NCBI GenBank assembly: GCA_002898395.1
Contig: BEHE01000011.1
Location: 1-64,000, forward strand
Length of the DNA: 64,000 bases
Direction: 5' to 3'
Source of the DNA: Candidatus Calditenuaceae archaeon HR02
GTDB lineage: Archaea > Thermoproteota > Nitrososphaeria_A > Caldarchaeales > Calditenuaceae
Within the stretch, counting starts at the first letter, position 1, and each line of letters starts with the position of its first letter. Below the pieces are notes generated by a model. That model saw only the letters and a list, made by a program, of their open reading frames with translations. It searched no databases and was not told the DNA's origin. This document shows positions 58,352-64,000 of the stretch, piece by piece. A program made the translations under genes and the position numbers.

Positions 58352-58426
58352 GCTCCGGTAGTATAGCCCGGTCAAGTATGCGGGCCTCTCGAGCCCGAGA
58401 CCCGGGTTCAAATCCCGGCCGGAGCA
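58352..58426 (+). tRNA. tRNA-Glu(CTC)
   Basis: GCTCCGG acceptor, CGGGC-CT-CTC-GA-GCCCG, GTTCAAATC. Confidence 0.95.
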
Positions 58427-58468
58427 TTAAAAGTTATTATTAATAAGCATGAGGAGATGAAGGAGTGA

Positions 58469-58650
58469 GTTTTCGTCTGTGCTTCATCATACTCCTGCCG
58501 ATATCTCTCAGTAACATATTACAAATCTTCCAACAGTCCTTCCTTTCTCCTATCTCGTCCATATAATACCGTATATTCTTTATCGAGAGTTCGATGAGAC
58601 GCCGCTTTCGAGGTATCGACGTTCCGACGTAATCATGGAACTTCTGATGG
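58469..58650 (-). pseudogene. 3' remnant of a LAGLIDADG-type endonuclease gene facing tRNA-Glu
   Basis: Minus strand HQKFHDYVGTSIPRKRRLIELSIKNIRYYMDE; DNA homologous to 43790-43970. Confidence 0.7.
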
Positions 58651-58771
58651 GCTTTCTAAGTAGTGCTATTACAAATGAAAATGGGGCAAAAATCTCAGAA
58701 GAACGGGAACCGTGTCGTCTTTTTGGTTTATTGGACAATATTTAATTAAGGGACTGCACGTTTGTTGGGAC

Positions 58772-59656
58772 ATGTGTAGGATGGTTGCGCTGAGTTTTCG
58801 CGGCGAGGCGTCTGAGACTGCGCGGGGGGTTCTCAAGCATCTTGTGGAGGCTTCGCGGAGTGATCCCTACCTTCGGGAGATTGCCGGTGATAGTAGGCAC
58901 TGTCACGGCTACGGATACGTGGCGGCTCTTAGAAGAAAGGGTCTCTGGAGGGTCGTGTATGAGCGGTTTGACGCTGAGCCTACCTTAAGCGGCGAGGAGG
59001 CGTGTGAAGCTAACCTCGAAGCATTAGACTACTGTGTTAAGCGGCTCTCACAGACCGTTAAAGACGATGTGGAGGAGGCGATGATAGTTCTACACTCTAG
59101 GAGGACGCGCGGTGAGCCCCGTGGAGGTGTCGCAGCCCATCCTTTCCGGGAGGAGCTCATAATCACGGTCGAGGACGGCCCCGAGCTAGCCGAGCTCTAC
59201 CTCTCACACAATGGAGGGGTCAAGAAGGATATTTTGGCAGCACATCTAGGCATCGAAAACTACAAGCTCTACACAGACTCACACCTCTATCTAAAATACC
59301 TCGCAAAACACCTCGAGGGGGCCAGATACGAGGAAGCGCCTCAACTGGTCGCTCAGACAGTCTCAATTTCCAAGCCCCTCACAAAATCCGCATTAGACCT
59401 CTGCATACTACTTTACTCGCCGACCAAGGCCCCCATGCTTGCCGCAGCATCATATGTCGCAGAGAAGAATGACAGTGCACGCTGGAAATACTACGAACCC
59501 GTACTCATAGAGTCGAGAGGAATTACAGGATATATCTCAAGCACCATAAGAGACCTGGCTAGGAGCCAATGGCCCGAGATGAGGTTCATGGATGGCAGAG
59601 ACGGCCTCGTCGTCCTGCTTAAACCAGATATGTTACAGATAATTGAAGTGCCTTAA
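58772..59656 (+). CDS. Class II glutamine amidotransferase-like Ntn hydrolase (EgtC/Dug3-like)
   Basis: M-CRM N-terminal Cys, HCHGYG, LHSR, AHPF, SHNG, TDS. Confidence 0.8.
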   Translation: MCRMVALSFRGEASETARGVLKHLVEASRSDPYLREIAGDSRHCHGYGYVAALRRKGLWRVVYERFDAEPTLSGEEACEANLEALDYCVKRLSQTVKDDVEEAMIVLHSRRTRGEPRGGVAAHPFREELIITVEDGPELAELYLSHNGGVKKDILAAHLGIENYKLYTDSHLYLKYLAKHLEGARYEEAPQLVAQTVSISKPLTKSALDLCILLYSPTKAPMLAAASYVAEKNDSARWKYYEPVLIESRGITGYISSTIRDLARSQWPEMRFMDGRDGLVVLLKPDMLQIIEVP

Positions 59657-59734
59657 GCCCCCCGGTCAGAACTTAGGACTTTTGCAAGATCAATTAAGAA
59701 AAATTTATCTTACGCTGATTATCTGATAGAATTA

Positions 59735-60637
59735 ATGAAAATAGTTCCAAAGAATAAAGGGGTATTCACATTTAGCAGATTACATAGTCCTGTCTTAGAG
59801 GTTGACCTAGGGGAGACTCTCCTTCTTGAAACAGAAGACGCAGTTGGTGGGCAGGTCAAAGATGAGAGTACGCCACTTGAAAAACTAGACTGGAGCAGGG
59901 TTAATAAAGCTACTGGGCCAATATACATTAGAGGGGTTAAGAGTGGGGATACACTCGTGGTGGACATTCTTGACATCGAGGTCTCTTCGACTGGTGTTAT
60001 ACTCGTAGTTCCTGGGGCCGGGGCGCTGGGGAAGAAGGAATTCAAGCCAAGGGCAAAAATAGTTAGGATAAAGGATGGCTTTGCCCATTTCGATGGAATA
60101 AGACTGAGGATAAGACCTATGGTGGGCACTATAGGTGTAGCTCCTGAGGGAGATGATTATCCCACGGGTGTGCCGTATAAGCACGGCGGGAACCTCGACT
60201 GTGTAGAAATATGTAGAGGTGCGAGACTATATCTACCCGTATTTATAGACGGTGCATTGTTTGCTGCAGGTGACTTACACGCAATCCAGGAGGATGGTGA
60301 GCTATGCGTCTCCTCAATCGAGGTGGAGGGGAAGATATTACTAAGATTTGAAGTGATAAAGGATGCGAGACCTGAGTGGCCGATAGTAGAGTATAATGAT
60401 CACTTCTCAATCCTAGTAGCTGATGAGGACCTTGATAGAGCAGTAGAAATAGCGACGGAAGAGGCGGTGGGGGCGTTAATGAGGGCGAACAACTGGAGCT
60501 TTGAAGAGGCATACATGTTTAGCAGCATTGGGGTGAGGGTTGCGGTGAACCAGGTTGTAGATCCTAAAAAAGGTGTAAGAGTAATAATTCCGAAGGAGAT
60601 AGTCTCTATTCAGCACTTACTCAAGAGAGAAGGGTAG
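59735..60637 (+). CDS. Acetamidase/formamidase family protein
   Basis: ATGPIYI, PMVGTIGVAP, HGGNLD, GDLHAIQEDGE, QVVDP. Confidence 0.9.
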   Translation: MKIVPKNKGVFTFSRLHSPVLEVDLGETLLLETEDAVGGQVKDESTPLEKLDWSRVNKATGPIYIRGVKSGDTLVVDILDIEVSSTGVILVVPGAGALGKKEFKPRAKIVRIKDGFAHFDGIRLRIRPMVGTIGVAPEGDDYPTGVPYKHGGNLDCVEICRGARLYLPVFIDGALFAAGDLHAIQEDGELCVSSIEVEGKILLRFEVIKDARPEWPIVEYNDHFSILVADEDLDRAVEIATEEAVGALMRANNWSFEEAYMFSSIGVRVAVNQVVDPKKGVRVIIPKEIVSIQHLLKREG

Positions 60638-60650
60638 GAGGCGCAGATAA

Positions 60651-61463
60651 TTGATAAACCAGATGTCGGACGAGGAAATAATCTCTGAAGCTATAAAGAT
60701 TGTAAATGAGGGGGAAAAGCGTGGAGTCATACTCAGAATATTAGGTGCATTAGCTATACGGATACATTCAAACGGGCTTGAGGCCCTGCATAAAGGGCTT
60801 GGCCGGCTCGGGGAAAACACGAAAGGTTCTTTCACAGACATAGATTTGATAGGTTACTCCTCGCAGAGGGCCGGGGTGAGAGAACTAATGGAAAAGTATT
60901 TCTCATTTGTTATCTCTAGGCAGTTCCTCCTACTATATGGGAAGGAAAGACTTGTATATTATCACCCAGACAATCTATATCGTGTAGATATCTTCTTCGA
61001 TAAGCTCTCATTCAGCCATGAAATTCAATTCAGAAAGAAGGGGAGTAGTAGGCTGGAGCTTGACAGTCCCACCATAACGGTCTCGGACCTGCTCTTGGAA
61101 AAACTTCAGATACATCAAATAAATGAGAAAGACATTAAGGACATAATAGTGCTTTTAAGGGCGCATGATGTAGGCGAGGGAGAGGGGGATAGGATTAACC
61201 TGCAATATATCTCCAACATCTTGTGCGATGATTGGGGTTTCTGGATGGATGCGACAGAAAATCTGAGGAAGACCATGAAATATGCAGAGAAATACTTTGA
61301 GCGGTCCTTAATTAGTCAGGAAGACTTAAGCGACGTAAATAATAAGTGCTTGAAGATTCTAGATTATTTAGAAGAATGTCCAAAGACGAAGAACTGGGAG
61401 AAGCGGGCGAGGAAGGGTGTGAAAGAAAAGTATTGGAGGGAAGTAGAGGAACTCTACAGGTAG
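60651..61463 (+). CDS. Uncharacterised nucleotidyltransferase-fold protein
   Basis: LRILGALAI..TDIDL..VDIF, LLLEKLQI..NEKD.KD, DWGF. Confidence 0.65.
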   Translation: MINQMSDEEIISEAIKIVNEGEKRGVILRILGALAIRIHSNGLEALHKGLGRLGENTKGSFTDIDLIGYSSQRAGVRELMEKYFSFVISRQFLLLYGKERLVYYHPDNLYRVDIFFDKLSFSHEIQFRKKGSSRLELDSPTITVSDLLLEKLQIHQINEKDIKDIIVLLRAHDVGEGEGDRINLQYISNILCDDWGFWMDATENLRKTMKYAEKYFERSLISQEDLSDVNNKCLKILDYLEECPKTKNWEKRARKGVKEKYWREVEELYR

Positions 61464-61466
61464 ATC

Positions 61467-62432
61467 TTACCCCGCTGTGAAGATGTAGTCCTTGACTTTA
61501 TTTTTCTCTAGTTGGATAAGCACCCCCCTCAGTATTCCTTCATGGTACTCGCTTCCAGGGTTAAAGCACATGGTTCTGCCGATCCTAGAGAACCCTCTCC
61601 CCTCATGGACATGTCCGTGGAGTCCAAGCAATGGCTGGTATGTTTCTATGTATTTCCTAACTGCCCGGCTCCCTACTGGAGTCATTAATAACTGACCCCC
61701 CGGACCAACCCTTGGTCTTAGATCATCGTCTAGCTCGGGGGCGTAATCTATTCCAGAGTCAAATGGGGGTACGTGAATATTGTAAATGACTTCTGCCCCT
61801 GCATCGACCCTGCTCACCAGGCTAGCCATCTTAGATTCTATCTCTTCTTCAGGGATGTCTCTGGGGCACTTCCACGGTGTGATGTTCGAGTATCCTAGAC
61901 TAAGCACCTCCAGTCTATCTGATATCTGGATTACCTTCTCATTTGGGTTGATGATCACCTCGGATGAGTTTAGGACCGGATCAATTACATAACTGTCATC
62001 GTTCCCAGGCATTACGAGGCATTTGACCCTTTTGCCTGCGAGCTTTCTCTCCGCAAACTCTACCCATCCTTGAATAGACTCTATTATCAGGTCGTTAAAG
62101 ATTTCATCCAGCTTCTCCTTCTCATTTATCAAGTTTTGCCACTCCTCTTTGCTTGTTATGAATGGATACGAGCCAGATGCCTTTATTCTATAGAGATGTT
62201 TCTCAAGCTCATCCTTACTATCCACAGAATAGGTCTCGTTGCCGGTCCTGAATTCATAGCTGCCTCCCCTATTAAATATGGGTATGATGAATTTTCCTGT
62301 AATGTCTCCTCCCAATATAATTACATCACATTTATAGGCGTCTGCGGCGTTTATGAACTTCTTAAAACATAAATCGCTACCGTGAATGTCTGAGGCGAAA
62401 AATATTCTAATTCTGGTGTTGGACATTTTCAA
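61467..62432 (-). CDS. Calcineurin-like (Icc-related) metallophosphoesterase
   Basis: SDIHG, GGDITGK, PGNDD, HVPP, GHVHE, NPGS. Confidence 0.88.
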   Translation of the reverse strand: MKMSNTRIRIFFASDIHGSDLCFKKFINAADAYKCDVIILGGDITGKFIIPIFNRGGSYEFRTGNETYSVDSKDELEKHLYRIKASGSYPFITSKEEWQNLINEKEKLDEIFNDLIIESIQGWVEFAERKLAGKRVKCLVMPGNDDSYVIDPVLNSSEVIINPNEKVIQISDRLEVLSLGYSNITPWKCPRDIPEEEIESKMASLVSRVDAGAEVIYNIHVPPFDSGIDYAPELDDDLRPRVGPGGQLLMTPVGSRAVRKYIETYQPLLGLHGHVHEGRGFSRIGRTMCFNPGSEYHEGILRGVLIQLEKNKVKDYIFTAG

Positions 62433-62434
62433 GC

Positions 62435-63991
62435 CTACTCGGGTGGTAGTTCTTTAAACGAGAGCTCTAGTGGTAATCCCTTCTTGCGATGATACAGCGA
62501 TGAGATGAAGTAGATAGCTATCCCTATTAAGAATAACCCTATGGTGAATGCGAGTATTGCTGGGTCTAGCTCGCCCACGAATGCCGGGGAAACACTTGCA
62601 TATCCCAAGTAGATTGACAAAATTATTGATATTACCGCTAATATGTGTAGGATGGGCACTGGGCCTATCTTCGCCTTCACGATCGAGGGTGTTCTTTCCC
62701 ATATGTCCCTCCTTCTGACGGGGAAGAGTAGAGCTGCTATTGAGGTGATTATCTGCATTATCATCCATCCAAAGACTATGTAGGCAAAATACTGCAGGAG
62801 CGGAGTCCATAGCCACAGGGCTTGGAATATTATGGCGACGATTGTTACGAAGATTAAAGCAGCATAGGGTGTATGATACTTCATGTCTACATTTGATAGG
62901 GCTGTGGGTACAACCCTGTCGAATGCCCACGCAAACACGAATCTTACCCCCGAAGCAACATATGTTAATATGGCGGCTAAAACCATCGCTCCCCAACCTA
63001 TCATCATAATAGTGAATATGCGTGGGTCAACTGAGTATTGGAATAACCACATGAAGAATGGTTCTCTGGCCAGTGGGTATTTGTCGCTCCCAATCGCATA
63101 CAGGTATGACAAGGCGCCGAGGAATTCCCCACCCATCCCTGCGTAAGAGACTTCATATGCCAGCCAGTCAATGAATCCGAAGAGTAGGACAGCACCTACG
63201 ATTGCAATTATTTGTGACTTGTGAACTTCTTTAATCTCGCCGGCGAGGTAGATTGAGAAGTTGAAGCCTAGGAAGTTGATGTAGGTGAATGTTAGTCCGA
63301 GGAGGGTGGCGATAGTTAAGAATGTGCCGGGGTACCCCTCCTTGACTGCCTCACTTATTATTGTGTCATATGAGACGCCAGTAGCTTTCGCGAAGTTTGC
63401 AGCAAACCCGCTTTTGCCGGTAACAAGTAGTCCGCCCGCATAAATAACCAGGCCTATTAATACTAGTATGAAGAAGACCAATAGGACTCTCATTGTCGCC
63501 TTTGCTCCTCTCGATATTATTAGGGCGCAGATTAGATAGAATATTATTGCGAAGATGAATGTGAATTCATTTGATGATACTGTTGATGCTAATTCGGGCA
63601 TACCATTAACCTCGAATATGGGGGCCAATGTATATTGAGTGAACCATGGAATATACGCGCCGGCAACGCTCAGAATCACCATGAATAAGAAAAAGTTGAT
63701 GGCGTATCCTACTGAGGGGTGCAGTATTCTGCTTACCCAGATGTAGTCTCCGCCAGCTCTAGGCATGGCTATCGAGAACAGGGCGTAAAAGAGACCTATT
63801 ACTATGCTTATTGGTATTGCAAGCAGTGCTGTAGCGGGGAGATGGGCCCCCGGATAAATTATTGATGCCCAGACACCATAGACTAGTATTGCCATAGGAG
63901 CCATTACCATGATGTTGAAGATCATTGCGTCGAATGCTGAGATATTCCTTATGAGTCCTGAAGCCCTTCTTACGTAGACATCCCCGCTCAT
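62435..63991 (-). CDS. APC family amino acid/amine permease
   Basis: RRASGLIR, MPRAGGDY, YLAGEIK, FAWAFDR, ~12 TM, FKELPPE. Confidence 0.9.
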   Translation of the reverse strand: MSGDVYVRRASGLIRNISAFDAMIFNIMVMAPMAILVYGVWASIIYPGAHLPATALLAIPISIVIGLFYALFSIAMPRAGGDYIWVSRILHPSVGYAINFFLFMVILSVAGAYIPWFTQYTLAPIFEVNGMPELASTVSSNEFTFIFAIIFYLICALIISRGAKATMRVLLVFFILVLIGLVIYAGGLLVTGKSGFAANFAKATGVSYDTIISEAVKEGYPGTFLTIATLLGLTFTYINFLGFNFSIYLAGEIKEVHKSQIIAIVGAVLLFGFIDWLAYEVSYAGMGGEFLGALSYLYAIGSDKYPLAREPFFMWLFQYSVDPRIFTIMMIGWGAMVLAAILTYVASGVRFVFAWAFDRVVPTALSNVDMKYHTPYAALIFVTIVAIIFQALWLWTPLLQYFAYIVFGWMIMQIITSIAALLFPVRRRDIWERTPSIVKAKIGPVPILHILAVISIILSIYLGYASVSPAFVGELDPAILAFTIGLFLIGIAIYFISSLYHRKKGLPLELSFKELPPE

Positions 63992-64000
63992 TATTCCACC

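Noticed and set aside
44035-58426. Integrase-type islands with att sites at the tRNAs
   Set aside because: No tyrosine recombinase and no duplicated tRNA 3' fragment were found in the window; one could lie beyond 64000.
315-63195. Numerous antisense and alternate-frame ORFs in the track
   Set aside because: They are shadows of well-supported genes in GC-rich DNA.
1-64000. CRISPR array or cas genes
   Set aside because: No regularly spaced repeats with unique spacers and no cas motifs were seen.

Overview
This 64-kb window is a gene-dense piece of a thermophilic archaeal chromosome. Gene content and style suggest an Aigarchaeota/Caldarchaeales-like TACK archaeon, which is an inference. It holds a probable replication origin (ORB motifs upstream of cdc6 and the PolD small subunit), a hemA-C-D-B-L-E plus membrane protein plus radical SAM heme cluster, pterin and molybdopterin genes, asnS and purB. 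There are three tRNAs: Pro-CGG, intron-containing Trp-CCA and Glu-CTC. The main unexplained structure is that each tRNA has a LAGLIDADG-type endonuclease gene or remnant ending head-on within about 40-65 nt of its 3' end; the Pro and Glu remnants are not in the ORF track and are homologous to each other at DNA level. Other notable items: an RHH-ParA-HTH / wHTH cluster with centromere-like hexamer repeats, a 122-bp MITE with 14-bp TIRs and a 9-bp TSD, an unlisted 31-aa zinc-finger microprotein, several pseudogenes (SOD, MFS, S1 protease, cupredoxin, a twice-present zinc-finger remnant), and an AT-richer block with nucleotidyltransferase, metallophosphoesterase and APC permease genes. All calls come from reading motifs by eye; no searches were run.
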